Assembly (NCBI RefSeq): GCF_018350175.1
Contig: NC_058368.1
Location: 106,084,001 to 106,148,000, forward strand
Reading direction: 5' to 3'
Length of the DNA stretch: 64,000 nt
Source of the DNA: Felis catus
Taxonomy: Eukaryota
A program made the translations under genes and the position numbers. The notes under the pieces are model-generated. The model ran no database searches, was not told the DNA's origin, and saw nothing but the letters and a program-made list of their open reading frames with translations. This document shows positions 12,751-25,510 of this stretch, one piece after another. Position 1 is the stretch's first letter. The number at the start of each line of letters is the position of its first letter.

Positions 12751-13599
12751 GTTTTGTGGTGGTGATTTTCAAGTTCCCTTTGTGAGATCCCATGCCCGTG
12801 GTGCCTCCGTCACCTTCCAATTCGTCTCCTCTTCATGGTTCATGATTGGGTGTGACACATAGGGACAGATTCCCTCGCTGGGAGTTGATGGAACATGACA
12901 GCATAGTGGCAGGAATATGTAGCCCTCTGCACATGCATAGCTTACCTGACAGCAGTGATGGCGGTTTCTTACCACAATCCCTGTGAGACTGGAACGGGAG
13001 TAGCCGCCAATTCTAGAAGGCCAGGGGGCCAAACGGCTTCCCCAGAAATGTCCTCTTCCTCCCATGGCAGCTACCTTGGGCGGCCAGAAGGAACTTTTCT
13101 TTCTTCCAAGAACTTTGTGAGCGATGTTTAGTCCCATGACCAGACCCTTCACCAATGCCAAAGTAGGCTGGTGTGGCTGGCTTCCAACGCTCCCTCTGGT
13201 TGCTGACTGAAGGAGACATCACCTGACATTCCTTAGATTTTTCTGGAACTCACTTGGGCCAGCCTGGGTCAGGGGGCAAACCAAGAGAAGTTAACGAGGT
13301 TCGAAACAAAGTGGAACCAGTCTGCCTGCTAGTATTAGGTCCAATGATTCTCCATCGTCCCCAAATTCTCTTTACCCCAATGACCTAGAGAGACAGCAAT
13401 GTTTTTCTCCCTTTCTTTTTTCCCCATTAAAATTTGACCAACATTCAGCTAGTTCTTCTATAAAGGGAGTGACAAAGAACTCCTGGCAAATTTGGGGTAG
13501 GCTGTATAATTTAAATAACAATCTCTCTTATAACATGAGGTAAAATTTGGAGGCCAAACGCGAAGTAAGGTCGCTTCTTTGGCAGAAGTTATTGGTCAA

Positions 13600-14600
13600 G
13601 AACCAGTGAGGAATCCAGACTTTGCCTTATAAAAACACTTCTACCTTGTACCCCTTTAGTCAGTAATTCTGTCTTGGCAATTTTCTTCATGTCCTGAGGG
13701 TGGGCACTTTTTATTCCCTATTCAAAATATTCATTGCATAGCTTCAAATAAAGTACATGTTATTGTGTTTTTTTTAATTTATTTTTGAGAGAGAGAGAGA
13801 GAGAAACAGAGCACAAGCCGGGGAGGGGCAGAGAGAGAGGGAGACACAGAATCCGGAGCAGGCTCCAGTCTCTCAGCTGTCAGCACAGAGCTGGACGCGG
13901 GGCTCAAACTCATGGACTGTGAGATCATGACCTGAGCCAAAGTCGGATGCTTAACCGACTGAGCCACCCAGATGCCCCAGTACATGTTATTGTTTTGTTG
14001 ATAACATGCTATGTTCTAAAATTACCCATCCAAAGACCTAGCGTTGATAAAATGGAATTAGGCTTACTGCTTTAAGTAAAGTTCAGCACCAAACTGAAAA
14101 TAACGGCTGTGCATTTTCAGCATTTCCAAAATAAAGTATCTGTCTATAACCCTTTCTGGATGGGGACCAGCAGGTTCTGGGAAGAATATTAACCTGAATT
14201 TGTTGCAGTCTTGTTTCCCAAACTGCTTTATAAACACTTCCCCATATGTGCTGCCAAAGCTTTGCATTTAATGAATCATCCAAATCTTTTTGCCATATAT
14301 CCTGTGTAGCTATTGATGAAGGCATACATGTTCCCACTATGTGAGGAGAAATAAGAGAAACACCTTACATTACCAGCCGAAACGGCCTCATAAGATAATC
14401 CTATTAGAATATTCATTTTGATTTTTTTTTATAAATACTGACTTAAATGTTGGAGAGTTTAGACCCAATTGCCTTGTTATTTTTTAGGAATCATTTTATC
14501 TATTTGATACCTTGTCTTTATTCTGATTAAACACAAAAGAAGTGTAAATTGTTGCTTAATAAACACTTCAATTCTTGCTTCATGATTCTTTTGCATCCTT
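13600..14600 (-). mobile_element. Ancient LINE fossil: ORF2 C-terminus of non-mammalian-type L1/Tx1-like element, split by a SINE
   Basis: Collinear minus-strand peptides IKTRYQI, WQKDLDDSLNAKLWQHIW...RLQQIQVNILPRTCWSPSR, LFWKC, VFG, VPTLRT*, AKTELLT, KVWIP. Confidence 0.7.
13768..13978 (-). mobile_element. Can-SINE
   Basis: Full element; TSD agtacatgttattgt at 13752 and 13979. Confidence 0.97.
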
Positions 14601-14624
14601 AGTTACTGTTACCTTATTTTATAG

Positions 14625-14870
14625 ACGGCTTAGCAGTCAAGGACGGAGGTTAAGAGCCCAGGTTTTGCCGTCAAGTATGTTGGATTTCATGTTCAAGTTC
14701 TGCCTCTGAATAGTTATATAAACAGAGCTCTCTCATTCTCAGTTTTCTCATCTGTACAATGGGAAGAGACAATACCTCCTCTGGCTACCATAAAACTGAA
14801 ACAGTGTAATGACTGTTAAGTTTTTGGTTTGGTTCCTGATGCATGACACAGGTAAACAATTGTTATTATC
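14625..14870 (+). mobile_element. MIR SINE
   Basis: ggttaagagc...ctcagttttctcatctgtacaatggg. Confidence 0.85.
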
Positions 14871-15359
14871 ATGTTGTCTAATCACTATTGGATCACCACT
14901 GCTAAAAGGGGCTACAGGGAAACAGCAACAACAACCTTCATCTGCAACCATTAACAGCCATGTGTGGAGTACCAATCAGAAGCACTTCTTTGCAACGTGG
15001 GAAAGGTCATTGGCGTTGCTGATGGTGCCAGAACAGTTTTCAGGTTCTTTCCAGAACACTAAGTGTGCTACCTTCCCTCTTTCCTTTCAGGTGACCAGTA
15101 CTCTGGTTTATTTTGTGCCATCCGCATTTCAAGCTGTATCTGATTCTCTACTTACAGAGACAACCGCTGGCCATGGCAAATCTTGGCTCTTTCCCTTTGC
15201 CTAGTGTTCAGAGGGCTAATAGTGAACAGGTTCCCCTTCGAGGGCATCTGATAGTGAGTTTGTACAGTCCCTGCCAGATCCTGGACTCCATGGCACCCAA
15301 GCACTCTCAACCCTTTACACTACCATTTTATGAATTTTTTTTCACTTATAAAATCCCTC

Positions 15360-16560
15360 CTTGATTTTCCCAAGCCACGATTCTTTGCATACCTCCTGAG
15401 AATACCCTCAAGATCTCCAAATCAAACTACCGCCTTACTCCCAGCTCCAGCATTTCCTCAATCATATCCTAGAAGTTGCTATTACAAGTAATGATACCTG
15501 CTCTAAAATTCAGTTTTAAGCATCCCGTTATTCAACAATACCTCCTATATTTCAATAACCAATGTATACTAGGTCAACAACAAATCCAGCAGTTCTCCAA
15601 CCTCACCAGGACTTCCAATCCTTTGACCTTACTGTCTTTCACCTCCATTATGTCCTCATCTTACCCTTAACTCAATTTTATGTTGCACCCTTTGCGTGTA
15701 ACCTCAACAGTCTGCTCTCTGGGGTCATCTTCTCTGCTGGGAAAAACTCATGAACCTGATTTGGGGGCTATGGCTCAAGAAAAACAGACATCCTTGCTGT
15801 CTGCCTCTTTTATTTTTTTTTTAATTTTTTTTTAACGTTTATTTATTTTTGAGACAGAGAGAGTCAGAGCATGAACAGGGGAGGGGCAGAGAGAGAGAGA
15901 GGGAGACACAGAATCGGAAACAGGCTCCAGGCTCTGAGCCATCAGCCCAGAGCCTGACGCGGGGCTCAAACTCCCGGACCGCGAGATCGTGACCTGGCTG
16001 AAGTCGGACGCTTAACCAACTGAGCCACCCAGGCGCCCCAGCTGTCTGCCTCTTTTAAATTTGTGTCCACACCCCTGGACATCACAGTGTCCCTTTCAAA
16101 CCCACAAACTGGCCTTCTACTGCCTTTCTGATATCATCTCTGATATCCCCCTCAGGAACTTCCCCCTCAGCAGCAATCCCATGGAACTCCTAGATGTTCT
16201 TTGAACATAACAATCGTGTTCTTGTTCCTGGGGTTTTACAGCCGTATCTTCCACTTCGAATGTCCTTCTGAGTCATATGCCACCCTCCCCCCACAACGTA
16301 GGTATATGTCTTTCTAAATACCAGAGAAGTCGTCCTCGACTGTTCTGTCTCAAATAGCACTCTCAGCCGCTTTGCATTCCCATACCTTGCAATATTTTTC
16401 TCAAGAGTCATTACCACCTAATTGTATATACATTTTTTTTATTATTTTTAAAGACTTCATACCTCTCCTGCCCCACTGGAAAGTGATCTATGAAAGCAGT
16501 GCTATGTGTCATTCCCTGCCATTCTTACCTTCAGAACTATTTGATGAGTAAATGGATAAG
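15360..16560 (+). mobile_element. Diverged L2 (body and 3' end), interrupted by a SINE
   Basis: C-rich degenerate body; cttgttcctggggttttacagccgtatcttcc; 3' terminus-like ttgatgagtaaatgga. Confidence 0.5.
15813..16039 (-). mobile_element. Young Can-SINE (SINEC_Fc-type)
   Basis: TSD gctgtctgcctctttta at 15796 and 16041. Confidence 0.97.
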
Positions 16561-17029
16561 TGTATGAAATTCCTGGGGCCAAAGCTGATATGAGCATGAC
16601 ATTCACAGTTTTAAATTCTAATTTCTGGTGGTTCACATGTGATTACCAACATACAGAGAGAACTGTTAAGAATGCGATATTTTTAATTCATGTGCACAGT
16701 CCTTTCACTTATAAAATGGGAAACTATCACTATTTACTTGTATTTGTTGCACATGTATAGAAGGATGTCTGAGCAATTATTTGTGAAAGTTTGAGAAAGG
16801 TGGATCCTAAGTTTTTCAATTCTTATATTCTGTTTTGGTAAAATACAAAAACCTAATATTCACCCTCTTAATCATTTTTAAGTGTATAGTTCAGTGGCAT
16901 TAAATATGTTAGTGATGTGCTACCATCACCACTGTCCCTCTCCAGGGCTCTTCATTTTGCAAAAGTGCTACTGCCCATTACACTCCCTATTTTCCACTTC
17001 CCTGAGCCCTTGGAAACCACCATTTTACT

Positions 17030-17031
17030 TT

Positions 17032-17091
<60 letters not shown>

Positions 17092-17309
17092 ACAAATTTT
17101 TTTAAATTTTATTTATTTATTTTTGGGAGAAACAGAGAAAGCACGAGTGAGGGAGGGGCAGAGAGAGAGGGAGAGAGAGAATCCAAAGCAAACTCCGAGC
17201 TGTCAGCACAGAGCGTCATGCAGAGTTTGAACTCCCAAAACCATGAGATCATGACATGAGGTGAAACCGAGACTTAGACGCTTAACCAACCAAGCCACCC
17301 AGGTGCCCC
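17030..17309 (-). mobile_element. Can-SINE with (CTTT)n-expanded tail
   Basis: TSD gaaaccaccatttt at 17013 and 17311. Confidence 0.95.
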
Positions 17310-18590
17310 AGAAACCACCATTTCACTTTCCGTATCGATTCTGACCACTCTAAGTACTTCATACAAATAGAATCCTATAGTATTTGTCTTTTTGTGACTG
17401 CCTTATTTCACACTGTATAATATCCTCAAGGTTCGTCCATGTTGCAGCATGTGTCAGAATTTCCTTCCTTTTTAAGGCTGAATATTCTTCCTTTGTGGAT
17501 ATATGTCCTCATTTTGCCTACCTTCATCAATTGAGGGACACTTGGATTGCTTTCACCTTCAACTCTTGTGAATAATGCTGCTGTGAACATGTGTATACAA
17601 ATATCTCTTCAAGACCTTGCTTTCAGTTTTGGGGGGTATATACTCAGAAGGGAATTGCTGTATCATTTAACTTCTTGAGGAACTGCCATACTCTTTTCCC
17701 GTTTTTCAACACGGGATGTGTTTCTATTTATTTATATTTCTTCAGTTTCTTTCAGAAATGTTTTCTGGTTGTCATTGCATAAGGCTTTCGCCCCTTAGTT
17801 AATTCTTTAGTGTTTTATTCTTTATGACGCTACTGTAAATAGAATTGTTCATTTCCTTTTCAGATTGTTCTTCTTTAGTGTATAGAAATTCAACTCATTT
17901 TTGTGTGTTCATTTGGATCCTGCCACTTTGCTGAATTCATTTACTGTTCCAACATTTTCTTAAAAGAATTATTAGGATTTTCTACATATACTATTATATC
18001 ATTTGAAAACAGATAATTTTACCTCTTTGTTTCCAAATCGGATGACTTTTATTTCTTTTTATTCTCTGATTACTCTGAGTAGAACTTCCTTGCCTTGTTC
18101 CTGATCTCAGAAGTATAGCTTAGTCCTTCACCATTGAATATGGTATTTCCTGTAGGATTTTCATATATTTTATGAGTGCCTTTTCTTATGTTGAAGTAGG
18201 TTCCTTTAATTCCTGGTTTGTTGAGTATATTTGTATGTAATGGTGTCGAATTTGCTAAATGATTTCCTGTCAATTGAGATAGTGGTGTGACTTCTTCCTT
18301 CATTCTGTTAATGTGGTAGTAATTGAATTTTGTATATTGAACCATTCTTGTATTTCAGGTATAAATTCCACTTTGTTGTGATGAATAATCCTTTTAATAT
18401 ACTGCTGAATTTGGTTTGCTAGTATTGAGATTTTTTGCATCAGTGTTCTTTAGGGATAATAGTGTGTGGTTTCTGGTAGTATCTTTGCCTTTGGTATCAG
18501 AGAAATGCCATCCTCACAGAATGAGTTGGGAATGCTCCCTCCTCTTCATTTTTTTGGGAAAAGTTTGAGAAGAATTGGTGTTGGTTCTTT

Positions 18591-18812
18591 CTAAAAAAAA
18601 TTTTTTTTTAACGTTTATTTATTTTTGAAACAGAGAGAGACAGAGCATGAATGGGGGAGGGTCAGAGAGAGAGGGAGACACAGAATCTGAAACAGGCTCC
18701 AGGCTCTGAGCCATCAGCACAGAGCCTGACGCGGGGCTTGAACTCACGAACCGCGAGATCATGACCTGAGCCAAAGTCGGACGCTTAACCGACTGAGCCA
18801 CCCAGGCACCCC
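18591..18812 (-). mobile_element. Can-SINE
   Basis: TSD tggtgttggttcttt flanking. Confidence 0.97.
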
Positions 18813-19641
18813 TGGTGTTGGTTCTTTAGATGCTTTGTAGAATTCATACAGGGGCCATCAAGTCCAAGTTTTTTCTTTGTTGTAAGATTTTTTTATATTA
18901 TTTCTTCAACCTCCTCATCAGTTATAGATACATTTACATTTTTAATTTCTTTGTGATTTAGTCTTGGTAGGGTTTGTGTTTCTAGGAATGTGTCCTTCAT
19001 CTAAGTTATCCAATTTATTGGTGTGTAATTGCTCATAGCACTCTTGTGTAAGCCTTTTTGTTTCCCCAAAACCAGTAGAGCTGTCTCCATTTTTATCTGA
19101 TTTTAATATTTTGAATCTTCTTTTTTCTTCCTAGTCTATCCAACTAAAAGTTGATCCATTTTGTCGATCTTTAAAAGAACCAACTTTTGGTTTTATGGAT
19201 TTTCTCTCTTTTTTTCCCTCCACTTCATTTATTTCTGCTCTGATCTTTATTTCTTTCCTTCTGTTAGCTTTGGTTTAGTTTTTTTTTTTTCCTTTTTCTA
19301 ACTCCTTAAGTTGTGATGTTAAGTTATTGATTTGAGATCTTTCTGTTTGTTTGTTTTTTAATGTAAACGTTTATAGCTATAAATTTCCCTTAGTGCCACT
19401 TTGCCACGTTCTGTAAGTTTCTGTGTGTTTTGTTTCTGTTTTCATTCAGCTCTAAGAATTTTCTGATTTCCCTTGTGATTTCTTCTTTGATCTGTTGGTT
19501 GTTCAAAAGCATGTTGTTTAATTTCCACAATTTTGTGAATTTTTCTGTGTTGTTTTTGTTGTCGTTGTTTGATTTCTAACTGCATCATGTTGAGGTCAGA
19601 CAAGTTCCTTTGTACGATATCTATCTTTTAAAAGCTATTGA

Positions 19642-19807
19642 GGGGCACTTGGGTGGCTCAGTTGGTTGAGTATCTGACTTTGACTCAGGTCACAATCTCA
19701 TGGTTGGGGAGTTCAAGCCCTGTGTCGGGCTCTGTGCTGACAGCTCAGAGCCTGGAGCCTGCTTCAGATTCTGTATGTGTGTCTCTCTCTCTGCCCCTCC
19801 CCCACTT

Positions 19808-19838
<31 letters not shown>
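19642..19838 (+). mobile_element. Can-SINE within L1
   Basis: ggggcacttgggtggctcagttggttgag head, (CT)n. Confidence 0.95.
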
Positions 19839-19839
<1 letters not shown>

Positions 19840-20389
19840 AAGCATATTGTCTATCCTGGGAAATGTCTCATGGGCACTTGAGAAGACTGTGTTCTGTGGT
19901 TGTTGGATGGAGTGTTCTATGTGATCTAGGTGGTTTATTGTTGTCAAGTCCTCTTTTTTCATATTCATCCTCTGTCTGGTTGTATCTATTACTGAAAATG
20001 GGATATTGAAATCTCCATCTCTTATGGTAGAACTATTTCTCCCTAAAGTATTATCAATTTTTATTAGAATATTTTGATGGTCTGTTATAGAAAATGTTTA
20101 TATTTGCAATATCTTCTTGCTGTATTAAAACTTAAAAAATATATAATGCCTTTCTGTATTTCTTCTTAAGCTTTTTTGGTTTAAAGTTTATTTTGCATAA
20201 TGTTAGTTTGACCACCCCGATCTCTTTTGTTTATTATTTGTATGCAATATCTTTTTCCATCCTTTCAGTTTCAATGTATTCGTGACTTTGGATCTAAGAT
20301 GAGTCTTTTTGTAGACAATACACAGTTGGATCATGTTTTTTGTTTCTGTTTTTTTTTTTTAATTTTCATCTACCAATCTCTGTGTTTTT

Positions 20390-20695
20390 ATCTGAGTATA
20401 GTTGGCATATAGTGTTACATTAGATTCAGGTGTACTGCTTCGTGATTTGACATATTTATATATTATGCTGCGCTCATCGTAAGGGTAGCTACCACCTGTC
20501 CCATTACATTGTTATTACAATATACTGACCTGCAGTCTTTATGCTGTCCTTTTATTCCCGTGACTTATTCATTCCATAGCTGGAAACTTGTATCTCCCTC
20601 TCCCTTTCACCTCCAGCATCCATCAGTTTGTTCTCTGTGTTTATAGGTCTGATTCTGCTTTTTTGTTTATTCATTTTTTTGTGTATTTTTTTATT
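20390..20695 (-). mobile_element. L1 3' end (carnivore/L1MA-type)
   Basis: gtatagttggcatatagtgttacattagattcaggtgtac. Confidence 0.8.
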
Positions 20696-20744
20696 TAAAT
20701 TTTTTTTCAAGCTTTCAGGGCATTTTATTTTTCATTTTCTGAAG

Positions 20745-21910
20745 TTTTTATTTAAATTCTAGTTAGTACATACAGTGTAATATTAGTTTCAGGTGTACAG
20801 TATAGTCATTCAACACTTGCATACATCACCTGGGGCTCATCAAGACAAGTGCATTCCTTAATCTCCATCACATATCTCCCACCCACCTCCCCTCTGGTAA
20901 CCATAAAATTTTCCATATAGTTAAGAGTCTGCTTCTGGGATTGTGTCTCTCTCTCTTTTCTTTTCCCTTTGCTCGTTTGTTTTGCTTTTTTTGTTTGTTT
21001 GTTTTAGGTTCTGCTTACAAGCAGAATCACATCAGCAGAATCGTATGGTATTTAGCTGTCTCAATCTGACTTATTTACTTAGCATAATACCCTCTATGTC
21101 CATCCATGTTGTCTCAAATGGCACGATCTCATCCTTTTTATGGCTGCATAATGTTCTATTATATGAATGTGTGTTAAGTGTGCACGTGCACGCATGTGTG
21201 TATACATACGTACCATATACCACATTTCCCTTATTCATTCATCTCTTAGACACTTAGGTTGCATCCATACCTTGGCTATTGTCAGTAATGCTTCAATAAG
21301 TATAGGGGTGCATATATCTTTTTGAATTAGTGTTTTCATGTTCTTTGGGTAAATACCCAATAATGGTATCATTGGATCATATGGTATTTCTATTTTTAAC
21401 TTTTTGAGGAACCTCTATTCTTTTTTTTTAAATTTTTTTAACATTTATTCATTTTTGAGAGTAAGAGAGACAGACCATAAGCAGGGGAGGGGCAGAGAGA
21501 GAGGGAGACACAGAGTCCGAAGCAGGCTCCAGGCTCTGAGCTGTCAGCACAGGGCCCAAAGCGGGGCTCAAACCCACGGACCGCGAGATCATGACCTGAG
21601 CCGAAGTTGGATGCTCAACCAACTGAGCCACCCAGGTGCCCCAAGGAACCTCTATTCTGTTTTCTACAGTGACTGCACCAGTTTGTCTTCCCAGATATGT
21701 GCAAGAGGGTTTCTTTTGTTCCACATCCGTGCCAATCCTTGCTATTTCTTGTCATTTTATTTCAGCCATTCTACCTTGTATAAGATGCTATCTCATTGTG
21801 GTTTTCGTTTGCATTTCCCTAATGATTAGTGATGCTGAGAATCTTTTCATATGTTGGCCATCTGTATGTCTTCTTTGGAAAAGTGTCTATTCATGTCCTC
21901 TGCCCATTTT
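20745..21910 (-). mobile_element. Carnivore L1 3' end including ORF2 zinc-knuckle region
   Basis: tattagtttcaggtgtacag...; tatctcattgtggttttcgtttgcatttccctaatg. Confidence 0.93.
21421..21642 (-). mobile_element. Can-SINE
   Basis: TSD aggaacctctattct. Confidence 0.97.
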
Positions 21911-21927
21911 TTAAAATTATTATCTAT

Positions 21928-21968
<41 letters not shown>

Positions 21969-22100
21969 AAGCATGTGCAAGCAGGGGAGGGGCAGAGTGA
22001 GAGGTAGAGAGAGAATCCCAAGCAGGTTCCATGCTCCACACAGAGTCTGACGTGGACCTTGATCTCACAACTGTGAGATCATGACCTGAGCCGAAATCAG
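21907..22100 (-). mobile_element. Can-SINE, head truncated, long (GA)n
   Basis: gagatcatgacctgagccgaaatc then abrupt end. Confidence 0.9.
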
Positions 22101-23359
22101 AAGCAGAACTAAAGGAGAGCCCCTAGCTTTTCCTTTGGCAGAGACACTCCTGACACAGAGTTAACTGTGGCATGGTTTATTCCTTGAGGCATTTATATTC
22201 TCTTAAGGACCAAGACATAGAAGCAAATAATTATAATAGAAAGTGTTACATGCTGTCAAGAAATTTTGCTCAAACGGCTAGTGGATCCTAGTGGATTGAG
22301 AGATTTTTTTCAGCTTTGGTAGACTTGGGAAATTCTCAGGTAGGTGATGTTTATAATTTAGATTATATAGTTTATATTTATATAATTTAGATTATACCTG
22401 AAGGATAAATGGAGTAGAGTAAAAGTAAAGGGCCTTGAAACGTATGGCAGGATGTCAGGAAAAAGGAACTAATTTTCTGCTAGTCACAGGTTGAAACCAT
22501 GTTTTAACGAGTTACAGAGGCCATTGTGATGGGCATTGAGAGCAGTTAGATGAAAGGAAATGAGAGAGAAGCACAGAGAGTAAAGGGGATGGGACAGGTA
22601 GCCCAGAAAGATGGGGGCAGAAGCTAAAGAGAAGGTAGTCTGTGTGCCTACGGCCACACACTGGGAATGGGAGCTTAGAGTTACGATCCTTACTCAGGGG
22701 ATGAGAAGAATGGGTCAAGGTGGAGGACAAGGGCACTAGTGGAGAGCCCAGGATCACAGTGGTCAGCAGTCAAGTGCCTGCCCTGTCTTCATGTGAGTGA
22801 GATCCTTGTAGATTAACATCCTCACCAATATACCACTCCTCTATCTACTGTTTTTTTTTCTGGGAGTAGGCATTCACTCAGCATCTGGAGTCTTTGCTTT
22901 GACATAGTCTAGCTTTTCCATAAGATTAATTTCCACAGGATGTTCCTCTGCATAGCCAAAAAGCTGAAGAGGAGGGCTCCTGTCTACTGAGGTGATGGGA
23001 AAGAGCTCTCTATACCTACATGAACTGCCCCAGGATGGGAGAGTGGGGACCAGATAGCACCACCACAGGCCTTGAACCTCTCTTTTAATGTCCACACATC
23101 CTCATTATATCCAAACAACAAACTTGTGCATTGGATATTAATTACTACTCTCAGCATATATGCGAGGATACTAAGGCTCAGTCACGTTAAGTTCTTTGTC
23201 CAAAGTCAACTTTTGTCCAATGATGGTGTTTTGCCTGACTAAAAGGATTTACTCTTATAGAGGACACTGTGTTATTTATGTTGTGTGTCTCTGACTTTAT
23301 CTAGCACAGATGCTTTTAAGTAGCAGGAAAATGTCATGTGTGGATAAGATTGTGGCGTG

Positions 23360-23570
23360 AGAACCAGTCAAATTTGAGTTCAAAGCCAGATTCTGCTAAT
23401 TTCTGTAAGTGAGACTTGGGCAAATTACTTTTTCCTCATGGCCCCACTTTTCTCATGTGTCTGAAAAAGTTTCTAACACCTCCTGCATAGTGGTGAGGAA
23501 TAAATGAGATAATACACGAAAAGCAATTCTCCTAGCGTTTGCAACATGGTCAGCATATAGTTATAATTAT
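23360..23570 (+). mobile_element. MIR SINE
   Basis: acttgggcaaattactt...gtgaggaataaatgagataatac. Confidence 0.8.
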
Positions 23571-24160
23571 TTTTTAAGTTATGTGCTAAGTATTTTTAAA
23601 ATGCCAAATGTCATGCCCATTAAGAAAGAGAATTCCTTGTTTAAGAGTTATTTTCAACCTCATTAACACATCATTGTCTGACATAATGATATGGCAGAAT
23701 TGTTAAGGTATGTAAAATGGCTTTTGGCCTTCTGCAAGAAAGAACTCAGTGTCTTGCCAACTTCTTTAAGTGAGTTTTGTTCACACACCATTAAGAGGTA
23801 TCTGTTGTGGTTTATATGTTAGGCTATATCAGGGATGGGTGTAGGGGATTCAAGGGCCTTTCCAATGGCTGAGGGCTGACTGGAGAGACAGAAACCAGGA
23901 AATCTTTCATTCTGACAAACGTAGAAAAAGTATATTCTTTATATAGTATGCCCAAATCTTTTCATGAGATTTTGAGGCCCTTTTTGAAGGTGTCACAATC
24001 CTAACACATGCTTTAATAAAGTGTACATATAGTGATAAGAAACAAAAACAAAACAAAACAGAGAACAAATTCCCCTAATTTCCCCAAAGATCAGCCTTAG
24101 ACAAATGTCTTTCACAGCACTTCCTTCTCTCACTCCCACCTTCCATTCCAAAGCAGCTAA

Positions 24161-24196
24161 TGTTTTGTTTTGTTTTGTTTTGTTTTGTTTTGTTTT
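24161..24196. repeat. (TTTTG)n repeat
   Basis: Direct reading. Confidence 0.9.
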
Positions 24197-24411
24197 ACTT
24201 TTGTGACCACCCTTAAGAGAAAGATAATCATGAATAGCTTTCCCTGCAGATGTGGTTGAGTAGCAGAGAAATAACAGCCCCATCAGTATCTTATTTCTGC
24301 TTCCGTCAGAGGAATTGTATTAGCAACCATTCTGTTAACAATGAAACAAAAGTATCTAGTAAGTAGAGAAAAAAATCAGTTGCTATCTCTCTCTCTCTTT
24401 CTCTCTCTCCC

Positions 24412-24427
24412 TTTTAAATGTTTATTT

Positions 24428-24471
<44 letters not shown>

Positions 24472-24641
24472 AGAGCAAGCAGGGGAAGGGCAGAGGGAGG
24501 AGGCGGGGAGAGAATCCCAAGCAGGCTCTGCACACTGTCAGCACAGAGCCTACTGGGGCTCAAACTCCGGAACCTTGAGATCATGACCTGAGCTGAAATC
24601 AAGAGTTGGATGCTTAACCGACTGAGCCACCCAGGCACCCC
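24412..24641 (-). mobile_element. Can-SINE
   Basis: Full element; degenerate TSD cagttgctatctct / cagttgttagctct. Confidence 0.95.
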
Positions 24642-24887
24642 AGTTGTTAGCTCTTTCTTAACAAGTTCTCTGCACTGAAAAAGGACTCTGCCTTCATGGA
24701 ACTTTTAAATCTACTCTTTGAATACTTTTGTTTTCATTTCTTCCCACCTGGTGGTATTTGTTAGTAATTGTATTCCCAGCTCCCTCTTTGCTAAGTAGTG
24801 CAAAGAATACAAGTCATAAAGATAGTACTTTAATTGGAAAAAAGCAACAAGGCCTGTAACTTTCAGAGTATCATGTTTATTTCTAAG

Positions 24888-24998
24888 TTCAGTGATGGAC
24901 TCATCCAGGTTTGCCCAGGACATCCCCAGATTCAGCCTCCAAGTCCAGTGCCTGGGAAACTTTTCAGTCTTGATAAACCAGGATGATTGGTCACCCTA
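24888..24998 (+). mobile_element. MER81-like hAT-Blackjack MITE
   Basis: catccaggtttgcccaggac...aaaccaggatgattggtcacccta terminal inverted repeat. Confidence 0.75.
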
Positions 24999-25008
24999 AT
25001 GGAGATGG

Positions 25009-25218
25009 TTTCTTTCTTTTTATTAATGTTTATTTATTTTTGAGAGAGCAAACATGAGCAGGAAAGTGGCAAAGAGAGGAAGACAGGATCTGAAGCGGGT
25101 TCAGTGCTGACAGCAGAAAGCCAGCCCTATGTGGGGCTTGAACTCATGAACCGGGAGATCATGACCTGAGCCAAAGTCAGATGCTTAACCAACTCTGACG
25201 GGGCCACCCACGTGCCCC
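25009..25218 (-). mobile_element. Can-SINE (older)
   Basis: gagatcatgacctgagccaaagtcagatgcttaacc. Confidence 0.92.
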
Positions 25219-25339
25219 AGAGAAGTGGTTTCTAAACCTATGTGGAAATAGACTATTTATGAAGACTTGAACAACAGCAATTTAGATCTGAGTGCTTACT
25301 AAAAACCAAGTATGGAAGTGCCTTGTATTGATATCTCCC

Positions 25340-25510
25340 TAAGAACACTTTGAGGAAAATAGCATTAATTTTACTTACATTATACAGAAGAGGAGCCTCA
25401 TGTTTAGACAGATGAGGTATTTTGCCCCAAACTGCACAGGTAGTAACTGCTAAACGTAAGATATGAACCCAGGCAAACGGATTCCATTATTCAGCTACTA
25501 CACCATGCTG
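25340..25510 (-). mobile_element. MIR SINE
   Basis: ttgccccaa...atgaacccaggcaaac...ctactacaccatgctg. Confidence 0.6.

Larger units (their letters stand above)
16830..20375 (-). mobile_element. Old mammalian L1 (L1MB-like 3' end plus decayed ORF2)
   Basis: 3' end aagtgtatagttcagtggcattaaata; ORF 18070-18345 HINRMKE...LNKPGIKGTYFNI...YENPTGNTIFNGEGL matches L1 RT domain. Confidence 0.93.
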
